DNA from: Sphaeroforma arctica JP610
Taxonomy: Eukaryota
Length of the DNA: 50,916 nt
Assembly: GCF_001186125.1 (NCBI RefSeq)
Contig: NW_014040396.1
Span: 42,800-93,715 of the forward strand
Reading direction: 5' to 3'
This document shows positions 25,406 to 41,316 of this stretch, one piece after another. A model generated the notes under the pieces. It had not been told where the DNA came from, made no database searches, and worked only from the letters and a program-made list of their open reading frames with translations. Both the position numbers and the translations under genes were made by a program. The stretch's first letter is position 1. Each line of letters starts with the position of its first letter.

Positions 25406-27609
25406 TTAAGCAATGTCAGTATGTAAGTTAGCTTATAGATTCAGGATAATTAGAATTTAGAATGAGTCTTCAGCTGGGCGACAACCTGCTCTTATGAGTC
25501 GTGGCGTCATCAGGGTTCGTTTATTTAGTATTTCTACTCTTCTAGTCAAAGTGAACGATTGGCACTTGAGCGCCGAGCGAATCCCTTCCGATGAGTAGAC
25601 ACATTTTAAAAAACTATGTTAATAAGTTATCAATTTATAACAACCATCAGGTTTATCTTTTAAAAATATAGTGAACCCTTAAATATCCTTCAGCTTTTAA
25701 GAGGTTCTCATCTGCTCGAAATTTGCAAATTACAAGCAGTAAGAAGGACTCTATCCTCTTCCGTCTCTAACCTGTACATTTTCTTCTCTTTTGATAAAAA
25801 CATACCCTTGAGAAACTAGGAGGAGGGGTGTCATTCCCTGATCAGAGAACTCCTCGAGGTCTACGAATTGGCATTTGTACANNNNNNNNNNNNNNNNNNN
25901 NNNNNNNNNNNNNNNNNNNNNNNNNNNNNNNNNNNNNNNNNNNNNNNNNNNNNNNNNNNNNNNNNNNNNNNNNNNNNNNNNNNNNNNNNNNNNNNNNNNN
26001 NNNNNNNNNNNNNNNNNNNNNNNNNNNNNNNNNNNNNNNNNNNNNNNNNNNNNNNNNNNNNNNNNNNNNNNNNNNNNNNNNNNNNNNNNNNNNNNNNNNN
26101 NNNNNNNNNNNATATGTGTGTGTGTTGGAGGAGAAACTAGTAAATAACCAACCTCGTGGAGTAGGAATCAAAGTAGTAAATATTTGTAGAGAGCTTATTC
26201 AATGCATATAATACGGAAACGGACCTGGCATACAGCGATTTCAGGAACTTCAGTTATTAATAAGATTTCTTCTAACAATTTTACACGCGCGGAAATTTTA
26301 GTCCAGAGTCGTTCCTGTCCGCCAAGAATGACCGTGGATGTATTTCTACATAAATTCAAGCTTGCGTGCTTTGAGTACGATTGCGAGACAGTTGAACAGG
26401 TGGTTCCAGTTGTTAGTACAACCCAAAAGAAGAAAGCAAGCTATCTGGATGTGATGATAGAATCTGATAATGTCTATCTACCACCTTTACACAGCGTGGT
26501 AAACTATGGAGTAAACGAGTAATATAATATTGTGATTAATAATCTACAATCTATGAAAGTTGTAATTGGGAGGCACAACTACGCAGGGGATCTAAATGTC
26601 AAGAATATGTCCTTTGTTCTCAAATGCATCGATGGGCAGTACAACAAGTTCAGCACGAGGATAGGCGTCGATCCGATTCTATATGCCTTTAAACATGTAA
26701 ACAAGGAAATTCACATGTTCCGATCGGGCATCTTTTGACTAATGCCGAAAAGGAAACGTGGGCTTCAGTGGAAGCAGACTTTCGTGCATTACTATACTAT
26801 TTCGGCAAACAACTGGAAAAGTAACTAATACAATCATGCATCAATTGAAATCAATTGTTGAAGAGAAAAAATGTTTAACATAAATACATAACTATCGACG
26901 ATGCAATTTAAAATGTTACGCCGTACACCCCTATTGGGGTTACCGATTATGCGCTTGCTATGCCGCAGCAGCGCCCCGGATGCTACAAGAACGTGTGTAC
27001 ATCAGTCGACAAGATGCTCAATTTAAAAATCATGGCGAAATATTCCGGCGCAGTATTTGGTGTTCAAATTACCAGAGGACTTGAACCGATCGGAAGTTGA
27101 GACCTGTCTAGCCAATACATCGTACTTTCAGAACTTGGGACTATTTTTAGACCACACGAAAGATTAGACGCAATATGAAGAAACTAGTCTCGGCATGTGC
27201 AAACAAGCGAAGGGAAGTAGTCGATACAGTGTATCAATGTATCAATGATGATATTACAGGACTCAAGAAACAGAACGAAATATACAATGACCTTAAACTA
27301 GCCTACGAGGGCGATATCGACGAGTAAGGTCTTCGAAAGGTAGTAAGAGTTAACAATCGTGCTCGTTGTTGTAGAATTGATACATTCCTAGAAGCTGCCA
27401 AGATTCACCTTCATACACAGGCAAGTGGAGTGAGCGTCGACATGGAGCTGCTATACACATATATGAAGCGGTGTCGGTAAAATATACTGCGGACCACCTC
27501 GTGCAGTATCTTATCGAGAAAGATCTGTTGTATTTCAAAGATAAGACTCAATTTTTTTAAGTTAAGTGAACTATGTATTATTAATGATACATAGTAAAAC
27601 TTGTTATAA

Positions 27610-28698
27610 CTTTAACTCCAGAGCCTACTATGATATTATTAGTGGAAAATACTGGCAACTAAAAATATAGATCTGATTTCAAATCCACAGAATTGCATAA
27701 ACGAGCACCACGCTACATCTGATAATCTGTAGCATGAACGGTAGCTTCAATGGTCTTTAACATCAAACAATACACAAGGGTCTAGTCACATACGACAGCA
27801 ATATGATTAATGTGGGATGTTCCAGCGGCACTCTTTTTCACACAATTGCATAAACGAGCACCACGCTACATCTGATAATCTGTAGCATAAACGGTAGCTT
27901 CAATGGTCTTCAACATCAAACAATGAACAAGGGCCTAGTCACATACGACAGCAATACGTCAGATGTTCCAGCGGCACTCTTTTTGATATGTATGGCGGAC
28001 CAGATAGCCCTGGAAAGCGAGAAAGATACTTGACGGGAAACTGACCGAAATGTTCGATCAATACGTTGTCTGCGAGAGGCTTGCGAAGATAGCAAACTTA
28101 CTCTGTGATCTATTCTGGACAGTTTCCGGCGGAATCTTGATGAGGTTCACAGGATTGATATTCTGACAATTAAAATTGCTCGGAGTGAAATGGAGTGTTG
28201 ACGTCGCCGCTTGTACGAGAGACGCTTATTTTGTTAATTCATTTCATAGCAGACGCAATAGCTACACCAAAGAATATCAATAAGATTGTGTTGGTAAGTG
28301 ACGCTACCCACATGACAAGGGTTCAGAATACGCTGAGCAATATATTTTGTGCAGACAAGATCTCTATAGCCGGTAGCACAGACGATGGCGTTGCGATCGG
28401 TATGGCAATTCACAGTGTGTTGATGAGTGGCAAAAAGGGTAAGTCCATCGAATCCTTGGCACTTGCGGACGTCACATCTCTAGCATTAGGCTATGTAACA
28501 AATATATTTTGGACCCAATCATCAAACGCAATACTGAGTTAAGTTGCTTGCCAGCGAGTTCCAAATATTCATCACAGATGAGAAATAAATCAAGAATACG
28601 TTGTATTCAACGTATATGAAGGTAAGAATGTCCTGGTCACTAAATATATATATTACTTGAGCGGGTCCGTGCTGGAGAATACTCAGCAAACACCTAGA
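27610..28698 (+). pseudogene. Highly decayed, apparently intronless Hsp70-family pseudogene
   Basis: RSIRCLREACEDSKLTL, IVLVSDATHMTRVQ, TDDGVAIGMAIHS, LADVTSLALG and FNVYEGKNVL occur in Hsp70 order. Confidence 0.8.
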
Positions 28699-28753
28699 TG
28701 TAAAGGTCGGTCTCTTCTAGGCTGACTATACGATACCAAAACGTTTACGTTAG
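28699..28753 (-). repeat. Terminal fragment of a C-family LTR
   Basis: TGTAAAGGTCGGTCTCTTCTAGGCTGACTATACGATACCAA matches 8504 onward and starts exactly at the LTR terminus. Confidence 0.8.
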
Positions 28754-31167
28754 TGGTACGTATGGGACAGTAGACGTTCAACCGATGACAAGGCGAGGGA
28801 CGTTTAATTGTTTACATGTATAGCCTCTAGTTCAAATATCCCTATCAGCTGTACAGAAGAAAGGTACATCGCTTTATCGACCTCTTTATTTATATGAATC
28901 GTGGCAGCATTGATTCTTTGGTTGTCATGTTTTGTTCTATTTGAGCACTTGCTACAGTTCACTTAAAATAAAGTTGAACATCTTCTGAGATTTAGAATTC
29001 CATACCCAGTAGTTCTACAGGGGTATCTTGCAGGTCTGCTATTGCTCTACTTTTGCTTATGTGGGGCTTTATACGCAGACGACTTTTTCTGTCTGTGGGC
29101 TTCCTTATTTTGGTTTGGATAAAAAAGCCCAGTTCCAATTAGTGAAGGTAGTTTCCATGTAATCGCAGTAGTCGCAGTTTGATTGAGTGAGAGTAGTGGG
29201 GAGTCGTTGTTCTTTTGGGTGAGGGTGACACACCTGTAGTCCCAATTCTAATGGACGAGAATAGGACATCTGCCGTCCTGTCAAACTGGTGACGGAAAGG
29301 TGGTATACCTGTAGTCTCAGTTCCAACGGATGATGATAGCATACCTGCAGCTCTGGTTCCAAAGGACAAGTGTAGTGCAGATGGACACCCGGTGCTAGTG
29401 CGTGGGAGAAATATATTGTGTAGTCTCAGTTTTGACTGTTAAGGGTAGCGCGAGTGTAGTCATGGTCCCAAGGAGTGAGGGTAGTCCGAACGCAATCGCA
29501 GTTCTTTTGGATGAGGCTAGGGTGACTGGGAAGAGTGAAAATGAAGAACGGTCTTAGGCCGGTTTTGATTCAAATCTGAGCAACGATTTACAAGACTTTT
29601 TTTTGATAGCGATATAGAAGTCAATAGTTTCTAAAACCATATGTATATAAAGATCTCGGTTTTCTATAATCTTTTGTACGAGGAAAAATAAATGAAAACT
29701 CGACAAGAAAGGATTAAAAGCAACTCTGCTATGTACCGATATCGATTATACTGCTGATAAATTGTTGTTGAACTTTAAGTCTGTTGAGAAACATGGGCGT
29801 GTAAGGATGTACTGGGGTGTAAGGCTGTACTTTTGTTCTGCGTCTACAGTAGTACCCCAAATCCTTGTCTTTTCCGTTCGACTATCATATTACCCCCAAT
29901 CCCTTTGTTGTTACCCCGTGACTACAGCTTTATTTTAAACCCTCGTCTTTCCCCGTGAAAATAGTGAAACCCTTTATCTTTTTCCCACGTGACTGTAAAG
30001 TACAGCTGAGGGTAGCGGAGAACAAAGTCCAAGGTTTGTCGTAAACAAACGAGTATGAAGAAGCTGTGCTTTGAGGAAAATCAAAATTGAAGAAAGTACA
30101 AGAATAGGCGCCGAAAAAGGCCTTATACAAGAAAAACAAGGCTAGAAGCAGAAGTCAGCGATGAATTATCGGAACAACGGGTTATTTAGAAAAAGCGAAA
30201 CGAGAAGAGTTATTGACGGCACATGGAGATCAAGGAAATGTAAGTTTATGAACACGTGACGAGGAATGTTTCTTAGAACTACGTGCTGGGTAGACAACAC
30301 AACAAGAAGGGGCAAGGAGAGATGTTCCACACCGATCAAAAAAGACAAAGCAGTTGAAAAAACAACACAGATAACAAGCGCCACACGAAAACAGAGCAAA
30401 TGAAACCTTGGAAGAACACCAAAAATAGAGGTGCCAAAGAAGCTGAGGAAAGAAAAAGTTAACAGCACGACAAAAGCGGAGGGTTGAAGGCGCATTAAGA
30501 AAGGAATACGAAGGTAAATCCCAGAGAAGGATGAACGATCGCGTGACGCAAATTAGAAGAGGGTCTCGTCCAGACAATTGATTTGGCTTTCATAAGGAAA
30601 CGTGAAGAGTTCGACGAAAAACTTTGTTTGACATATTCTGACTTCTGACGCCTAGCGTTTTTAAAGTAGCAAAAAAAAAGTACATGGATATAGAATGATC
30701 TCGATATGGATGTATGGACGGAGACTGAATGCATAATAAGCGATCATGAACATGAACTCACAAACGTAGATATTGTGGTCTCATATATCAAGATTTATGC
30801 TCGCATAGGTGTTTTGTGTAGTCAGCGAAAACTTTAATCGAGCTACAATTCGATTAATCCAAAGCACGAGTATGGCCAAATTTGAAGTCGTTTTGAAGTT
30901 CTTTCATACACCTGCTGTTTCTATTTCATTAAACAACCTAGGGTGTATCGCGATAAGGTTTTAAAGTAATTGCGAGTGGATTGTAATTCTTTAATACTGA
31001 GGGCTGTATAAGCCACTAAACTAATTTGATTACTATATGATTGGATGCCTAAGTTTTTGCATCCGGTGCGGCAGGTTCAGAAACGCTGGGCATGATCGCT
31101 ATATTCGATTGTGACTAATATGTGTACGTGTAGATTGAAGATCGGCGGGAACACGTCTTATAACATC

Positions 31168-32650
31168 TCAAGACCTGCGTTGGCTGGTGGTGCTGAACAG
31201 AACCTGTTTGCTGCGTTTCCCTCCTTTCTTCTTCTTACCCTGGTGAGCCTGGTCCGCTGGTACTTGTATCGTGTCACTGAATGTTATTAAAGTAGAACAT
31301 ATATCTGTTAGATAAAACAAGCCTTTGGAACACGCATATCGTCGGGTGTATTTGTACCTTATCCATACTGCCTGTGCTTGTATGTGATTGAATCACGCTA
31401 AAAGCGTCAGACTAATACGGCTTGGCGAACATCTACCAGACGCACCCAAAAATACGCTGTGCGAAGACTATAAGTTTAACTCGGCGGATGCACTGCTAGT
31501 TCCATCCAGGTCACCCCCGACTGATACACCTAATGAAAGAGATTGATAATCACACATGATCATGGACAGAAACAACATATCCAGCCCACACTAGACTAAT
31601 ACACCCAATGAAAGATACTGATGATTACACATGATCATGGACAGAAATAACGTATCCAGCCCACACTAGACTAATACACCCAATAAAAGATACTAATAAC
31701 TACAAATGATCATGGACAGAAATAACGTATCCAGCCCACACTAGACTAATACACCCAATGAAAGATACTAATAACTACAAATGATCATGCACATGAACTA
31801 CATATCCAGCTCACAATAGACAGATACACCCAATGAAAGATACTAATCACTACAAATGATCATGTACAGCAACAACATATCCAGCCCACCGTAGACAGAT
31901 ACACCAAATGGAAGTTACAGATAATTACACATGATCATGCACAAGGACAACATATCCAGCCCACCCTAAAAGATACACCCAATGAAAGATACTAATCACT
32001 ACAAATGATCATACACAGGAAGAACATATCCAGCCCACCCTAGACAGATACACCAAATGGAAGTTACAGATAATTACACATGATCATGCACAAGGACAAC
32101 ATACAGGTCTACGAAGGCTTTATTCAGCGAGTCTTGGAACGACGTTTGGAAATCTGGAGCCCATTCTGAGTTGACTGATGCCGTTTGTAGTGGTTCCATT
32201 GGCGGAGCCTGGTAGTATGAAAGTATCAACAAATTCATATCAATACATATAGTGTTCATATAACAAAACCCAAAGCATGGCGAAACTCGAATAAAACGTA
32301 CACTTGGTGAACGATAATAGAGCACAAGTGGACTTTAATAGTGAAGCCACAGCGAAAAACACACGAGTGCGGGAGGAGAGTGTGCGCAACAAAGACATGT
32401 GCAAATCAAAGGCACAAAAGATACAGAGAAGATAGCTACACAGTACCAAATGCGTTGAACACAGGGTTGTCCACTAAAAGTGTACTGAACGCGTGTATGA
32501 CCGTACGACCCAACCGCAACGAGTACAGCTGAACTCAGCACTATTGAAACATCGGACGAAACATTACAACTCCCTGGCATGCATAGGCGTAAACGACAGA
32601 AGGCGAGTCAACTGCACACTCTGTAACTCTCAAAGCCAAACTATACTATG

Positions 32651-32695
<45 letters not shown>

Positions 32696-33609
32696 GACAC
32701 GAATACTCGTACACTCACCTTCAGCGTCATTCAACATACAAACGCAAACGAACTATCTACGATAAAAAAACACACACTTTGGGTACCGAGACAGGCGGTG
32801 GCGAGAAAAACGTTTTACGCCTTGTGTCTGAAGGGGGTGATACTTCTTTGGTTGAGCTTGTGCTCGACGTTTGGGTGAACAGAAGAGCGGTGCTTGTCGC
32901 GGGTGAGCCAATTGTGGGCCAATCAAAATCGTCCGATGCAGCCTTGTTCTTACCGGCGCTCTGGAGAACAATACATACGAGGTAGGGTCAGGCTGAAGGA
33001 TACCCGGTGGGTGGGGTCAGGCTTAAGAATACCCGGTGGGTGGGGTCAGGCTTAAGGATACCCGGTGGGTGGGGTCAGGCTTAAGGATACCCATTGGGTG
33101 GGGAAGACTACCGAGATAACATGATATGAAACGCATGCGAGAAAGGCTACCAAGCTAATATGATATGCAACACATGCGAGAAAGACTGAGTGAATGTCAA
33201 CACGATTAACGTACTTGAAACACGATGAGATGTTCTTTTGCTTGTTTTTTTTCAAGCTAAGGAATTTCTATCCTTTCCAGAAATGCTACACTACGGAATT
33301 GAGAGTACACTCTCTGTGGATATACTTACTAGATCGAATAGACATATCACAACATTTCACACTCACTGGTAGCAGCCTATGTGCATGTACTTGCTAGATC
33401 GAATAGACGTGTCACACTCACCGGTAGCAGTCTATGCGCATTGGTATTCCTCGTAGCACCAGCGAAGGAGAAGGAGAGTTCGTTTGCGGCCGTGCGTTTG
33501 GACTCTTCCAACACAGCCATAAACACCGCATCTTCTGGGGACATACCTGTGTACAGGAGGGGTGTGGTTTCAGAATAGATAGATATGAATATGAATATAT
33601 GTATATACG

Positions 33610-33642
<33 letters not shown>

Positions 33643-36600
33643 GCATACTTATACATATACATACACATATACATACACACACACACGCACACGCACACAC
33701 ACACACATATATATATATTATATGTATACATACAAACAACATTTAACATACAACAAGATACAAGAATTCTAGACAAGATGGTCAGCAGAAGCATCAGATG
33801 CATGCCAAGAACTAATCCTCATACACATATATCAAACGAAATGCATGCCTCAACCTATGGGCATATAGCACATATGAAATACATGGCAAAAACTGTGAGG
33901 ACACATCACATCTGGCACGTGCTGAAACGACTGGCAAAAGTATCGTGGGTGAGTGTGGGTGTGCGGTAGAGGTAGCCATTAGAGAGTATGTCCAGGTCTG
34001 CATTGAGCCTACCCACCACCAGACTACCGCCCAGTATAGAGACCGGACACACACGGAACCATACAGAAGTACTATCTATACATGTGTGCGTAAGATAGGT
34101 GCTGGTACTTACTGGGAAACGCGTCGTGCGTGGGTGTGGGTGTGCGGTTCAGGTGTCCGTTGGAGGGTATATCCAGATCTGCACTGGTAGAGCCCCTTAT
34201 CAGATTATCACTCAGCGCCAAAGGAAACGCGTTCTCATCGTTCACATCGTGCTTAAACGCTTTGCTGAGTGCCAGTGCTTCCTGAAACGGGGCAGATAGA
34301 GCAGTATATATATAAATATATCAGCTGAGATGAATAGTTAACATATAAATATATAAGCTGAGATGAATAGTTAACATATAAATATATAAGCTGAGATGAA
34401 TAGTTAACATATAAATATATAAGCTGAGATGAATAGTTAACATATAAATATATAAGCTGAGATAAATAGTTAACACATATAGGTGATGGTCATGTACTCG
34501 TACTCCCGGGATGGATATGGATAGACTTAGATATATATAAATTGAGAAAGAATACATCTAAACATGTCGCAAAGTTATGTATATACATTTCCTTCAAATA
34601 GGATAAGTAGGCGTATAAGACAACAATCTTGAACGTGATCGAGAGCTTCATATGTGCGCCAATTTTCCAACCCATCACTAGCACGAAGCAGTATCATGTT
34701 ACAGCATCCATCAGCGTTCGTGGACGGCCGGTGTCTAGTACGACGAATAGTCCTGAGCGCTTAAGTGTTGAGATGGTAAATGTACATCACCAGCAAATAC
34801 ATGTATGCACGCAGATACGTACAAATGGATTTTGACATATGCAGGCATATCGAATAACACGAACGGATGCCTTGGTATATGCGATATACCTATCAGCAAT
34901 ATGTACATAAATGAACACAACACGTAAGAAAGATACTATACTATATGGACACATACTGTGATCAGCACAAGTATACCTATAAGCAATATATATATATACA
35001 TACATCGAAATATGCCATTTCAGAAACTTGAGTATAAACTCAGATGATGTGAACAAACGCAACCCTCACAAATATGTGTCATGTACTCAACTGTGCGATC
35101 AATACTCACAGAAACACACACAACCGTCCTCCTAAAACAGAACAAAACAAAAACACACACACACACACAGACAGGGACTGGGACAGGGACAGAGACAGAC
35201 AGACACACACACACACATATATATGTATATATATATATATATACATAATAAAACATACATATATATACATGTATACATACATATGCATATGCGTCAATGG
35301 CGTGCACATTGTTATACCTCTTCCCTGATGATGCGTGTTTCCTCCTGTTTGATACGCTGTGCTTTGCGCTCTCTGTTTTGTTTCAACTTCTGTGTTTCGT
35401 CATGAAACTCGGCGATCACTTCATCCGACTGCACCAAAAGGTAGTGTGACGATCCCGTTAACTAAATTAACGCCGTACACTATAAAACACCGGCAATACA
35501 TTCTGATACTACGGAACGAGAGTGAACGCCCAGGTAACGTTAACGTGTAGAAGTACACCCACTAGCAATGCCAATGAGATATGTGCGATTGTATTGCGAG
35601 CGCACAACAAAGGCAGGGCAAATAAATTGTATATATAAATTATAACCTCTCCCCTCATACCTATGTATGTATGTATGTATGCATGTATGTATGTATATGT
35701 ATATATCAATGACGCTGGAAAAGGGAGCTTTGTGTTAAATACGACCGATGACCCTCCTCCAACACAACACAACACATACCAAGAGATGATCAAGATCCAG
35801 CTCAGCAATGAGGAATTGAGACGACAACGGCAGATGAGAAAGGTACCTCAACTTCTTACGCGTCTCGTGGGTGACAGTCCCCTGTGGATGGAACACGGGG
35901 TTTGGAATGTGATATAGAGTGGACTAACACACTAACACTACATGAGATTGGATAGCTGATATATATATATTAAAATAACATAAGACTCCTACTTTATTGG
36001 AAAGGGGAGATTTGTGTTGAATGGACCTCCTATGCGTTGTCCTAAACGAAAGACACAGGAGGGCTATCGACAGGAGCGACAAGCCGAGTGCTATACAACA
36101 GACGATACAATCCTTCCTGGAAAGTCCGGTAGCAATGCACTCAGGACCGGATCAAGTACTTACCAATGATACAGGTACTTTTTAACAAATGTACCTACTA
36201 ATGGTGTAGGTACGTACAAATGGTGTAAGTACGTACTAATATATGTATTTACTAATGGTGTGAGTACTTATTAATAAAAGTACTTACTAATGGTGTACGT
36301 ACGTACTAATAAATGTATATATTAATGGTGTGAGTACTTATTAAAAAATGTACTTACTAATGGTGTAAGTACATACTAAAAAATGTAACAGCTTATGGTG
36401 TAAATACGTACTAATAAATGTATTTACTAATGGTGTGAGTACTTATTAATAAATGTACTTACTAATGGTGTAAGTACGTACTAATAAATGTACTAACAAA
36501 TGGTGTCAGTACGTACTAATAAACGTACTTACATTATCAGGCGAGCGTAAGTACATAGTACGATTATTTGTAGCGTACACACCTACCAGATACTAAACGC

Positions 36601-39600
36601 TGATTCTCATATACACCCGCACAGGCGTGCATTATATACGTAAACGTAAACTACGTTTACCTGAGCCCAACCCTGCATCTTGCCCAACCGACTGGGCGAT
36701 GGCACACTCATAAATGACTAGGCACGTGTGTTAACCGTTTGGACGTGAAACATACCTCAGACGACAGCCATGACTCATCCTCACTAGATCGTTGGTGGCT
36801 ATGCTCCAAACAAACACCCATGTACAAATAGACATACTACTCACACACCCATGTACACATAGACATACCACCCACACACCCACGTACACATAGACATACC
36901 ACTCACACACCCATGTACACATAGACATACCACCCACACACACAGACACACCAGTCACACACCCATGTACACACAGACACACCAGTCACACACCCATGTA
37001 CACACAGACACACCAGTCACACACCCATGTACACACAGACACACCAGTCACACACCCATGTACACACAGACATACCACACAAACACCCATGCACACACAG
37101 ACATACCACCCACACACCCATGTACACACACACATACCCCCCACACACCCATGAAAACACACACATACCACACACACACTCACATACCACCCACACACCC
37201 ATGTACACACAGACATACCACTCACACACCGATGCACACACAGACATACCACCCACACACCCATGTGCACACCCACATACCACTCACACACCCATGTACA
37301 CACAAATATACCACCCACACGAAGGATGTGTATATATACCTGGGCTAAGTCCAGTATCTTGCCGGTAAGACCGGGTGGGGACGCACTCAGCGAACCAAAC
37401 TGCTTCACCAGACACCGTACGTTGATGGAGTGCATGTATATCCTGCGACCGTCGGTGGCCTGGTACAGAAAGGTGGGTTCTGAGTCTCTCTCACGCTCAA
37501 GCTCATCCCGACCCTATGCGAAGACGTAGTAATGTGATGGGATGTGATATGTTAATTTTTAGTTTAATTCCTGCCACCTCTACGAATACAGCTAGAAATA
37601 AGTAAATAATAATTATGATGTGATGTGTGAGCGTTGAGCCAGATTAGGTACATTTTTGATTGCCGCCAATTGATATATATATATGTAGGTATATACACGT
37701 GCACATATACAGATTACTGGGCAAAGCGCAGCATCCTGAATAGAAACACATGCACACGCGCATATTCAAGACTACCCACCACCTACCCATCCACACACAC
37801 ACACATATATATATATATACACACACACACATATATATATGTATATATGTATATATATATATATGTATATACTATATATATATACATACATATACATACA
37901 CATACATACATACATGCATACATACATACATACATACATACATACATAACCACACTTACAGTACACAGTGCAGTACACATATGTCTATTTATATATGCCT
38001 AATAGCCCTACCTGCTTTGGGGGTGGCAAGTGCTGCGTGTGCTGTGGTTGGTCGGCCTTGTCGTGGTCGTGTGTCTCAGTAGTTGCCACGTGAGCTTCAT
38101 GCAGCGCAACACTTCGTTGGCGCAGTTTCTCGAGCGCAATCTGTTTGTGTCATGCGTTGTGTGAGTACGTGATACGCTCGAGCTATTCCTGTCAATTAGG
38201 TTATGAGTACGTAGTGTAATATGGTACTCGCGTGCAATGGGTATATATACCTAGTGATTGAAGGATACGATATAAAGTAATTGAAGCATAATTAGTATAT
38301 GTGAATCTACGTAAGACTACGTTTAAGGATAGTCGAGCCGGTCTGGTAAAAGTGTGCTCATGATATTACGTAATTTGTTAAATACCAAACGTCCACACAA
38401 ACGCTACTAACAATTGAACCAGAAACACCTTTATCTTGCACCAGCAACACTGATTGCTATGCAAACACGCGTGCACATCAAGCACAGAACGTCTACCTAC
38501 ACAGCACATCTGCCTACACAGCACATCTGCCTACACAGCACAGCTACCTACACAGCACATCTACCTACACAGCACATCTGCCTACACAGCACATCTGCCT
38601 ATATAGTACATCTGCCTATATAGTACATCTGCCTATATAGTACTTCTACTTACACAGCACATCTTCCCTACACAGCACATCTTACCTGCAGATACAAGAC
38701 CTCTTCGGTTTCCCCACAGCTGAGGCTGTCATTCAGTTTGAGCTCCAATTCGCTGCGTTCGCGCGTGACGATGTTGCGCTGTACCTCAACGGCCGATGTC
38801 TGCAGCAGATTGGTGTACTTACGCGCCTCAGGATCACTGTCTCTGCCGATGGAGAGCACCTCGCGCACCCCACCCCCTGACTGGGTGGTAGGTAGATGAA
38901 GGGAAGGGAGTACTTAGTATCACCACACACTCTGCATTGTCCTTCTGACTAACCACGTGTCTCCTGCTGTACGTAGCGTGTGGCTGTACGCTACTCGCAG
39001 GTGTGAATGGTCGTATGCGTTTTAGGGTTCAGGGTTTAGATGCATGCTGTGGCGACAGCTGACAGGTCAATGGTTGCACAACGTCAGAGGGGCTTTGACA
39101 GTTGTTGTTCGAGCTATGATAGGACACCTCCATAGGCGTACGTGGTATATATATCACAGGCAGACCTAATATGGGTATATATATCACAGGCAGACCTACG
39201 ATGAGTATATATATCACAGGCAGACCTACTATGAGAATATATATCACAGACAGACCTACTATGGGTATATATATCACAGGCAGACCTACTATGAGTATAT
39301 GTATCACAGGCAGACCTACTATGAGTGGATATATCACAGGCAGACCTACAATGAGTATGTATATCACAGGCAGACCTACTATGAGAATACATATCACAGG
39401 CAGACTTACTATGAGAATATATATCACAGGTAGACCTACTATGGGTATACATATCACAGGCAGACCTATTATGAATATATATATCACAGGCAGACCTACT
39501 ATGGGTATATATATCACAGGCAGACCTACTACTACTATGGGTATATATATATCACAGGCAGACCTACTACTACTATGGGTATATATATCACAGGCAGACC

Positions 39601-41280
39601 TACTATGATTATATGTATCATAGGCAGACATACTATGAGAATATACATCACAGGCAGACCTACTATGAGTATATATATCACAGACAGACCTACTATGAGT
39701 ATATATATCACAGGCAGACTTACTGTGAGAATATATGTCACACGCAGACCTACTATGAGAATATATATCACAGACAGACGTACTATGAGTATATATATCA
39801 CAGGCAGACCTACTATGAGTACCTGTATCACTTATGAGTATATATATCACAGACAGACTTACTATGAGTATATATATCACAGGCAGACCTACTATGAGTA
39901 TATGTATCACAGGCAGACCTATTATGAGTATATATATCACAGACAGACTTGCTGTACGATGTTGGCTTGAGCAGAGAGAATGAAGAACACATAGCCCAAG
40001 CACAAACACAAAAACAATACACAACACACACATTCATGGCCAACAGTTGGTAGTCTCTATCAGTCACGTACGGCATTTACGTTTAACGGCAAGGGTAAGT
40101 ACAAGAAGCACACAGATCGCAGTCATCTCAACAAATGGCCGCAACGTCCATTGGAAGGACGTGACCGGCAAAACGTAACACAATATATATATATCCATGA
40201 ATCAATTGTTTCACTGACAGCCAAAGGCACAAGCCAAACGATTCCGTTGAGATTTTTACTACCAAGCACCCAGCTTAGATCATTAGACTACACCGTTGCA
40301 TGTGCACTCGTACACACAGTGGTAGCAGCAACATCCACAATACATACAGTGGTAACAGCAACATCCACGGGTGTGGGATAGATGCATGAGCGTCCTTGCT
40401 TGACCAGCAGGCGCATGTCGATGGGTGTGTGGACCTCTACCGACGGATGCTCCACCGGAGTCATGGACCTCAGCTCAGCCGCACAGATGGGTTCGTGACA
40501 GATAGGGCATTCACTCCAGGCACCTGCGCTCATGTGTAGGTAATGCAACACACAGCCGTAGCAGTACACATGGCCACACGGCGTGGTCTTGGCGGGAGAC
40601 GGGGGGGACAGGCAGATGGGGCACAGCATATTCTGGATAATACCGGGATGTTAAAAGCGGGATGCTAAAGTGTGATGTTAAAGCAGGATGTTAAAGTGGG
40701 ATGTTAAAGTGGGATGTTAAAGCGGGATGTTAAAGTGTGATGTTAAAAGCGGGATGTTAAAGAAAGTGTGATGTTAAAGCGGGATGTTAAAGTGTGATGT
40801 TAAAGCGGGATGTCAAAGTGTGATGTTAAAGCGGGATGTCAAAGTGTGATGTTAAAGCGGGATGCTAAAGTGTGATGGTAAAGCGGGATGTTAAAGTGTG
40901 ATGTTAAAGCGGGATGTTAAAGCGGGATGTTAAAGTGTGATGTTAAAGCGGGATATTAAAGCGTGATGTTAAAAGCGGGATGTTAAAGTATGATGTTAAA
41001 GCGGGATATGTTAAAGTGTGATGTCAAAGCGGGATGTTAAAGTGTGATGTTAAAGCGGGATGTTAAAGTGTGATGTTAAAAGCGGGATGTGAGTATTGGA
41101 GTGAGATTGAAGGAGTGTTGTATTGAATGAGTCAAGGAGATACAGCGCTGCAGAAATGGCACACAAATACAGTAGATTGCACACAGCACATCGAGATAGA
41201 TATAGGCAATACACACTGTCATACGAACAGATATACACGTATGAACAAATGGACAATCCTATAGTACGTATATTGGCTGC

Positions 41281-41316
<36 letters not shown>

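Noticed and set aside
39029..40033. 334-aa ORF and similar repeat or microsatellite ORFs (36965-37435, 43073-43567, 43982-44533)
   Set aside because: These are open only because the repeat units lack stops; they are intronic.
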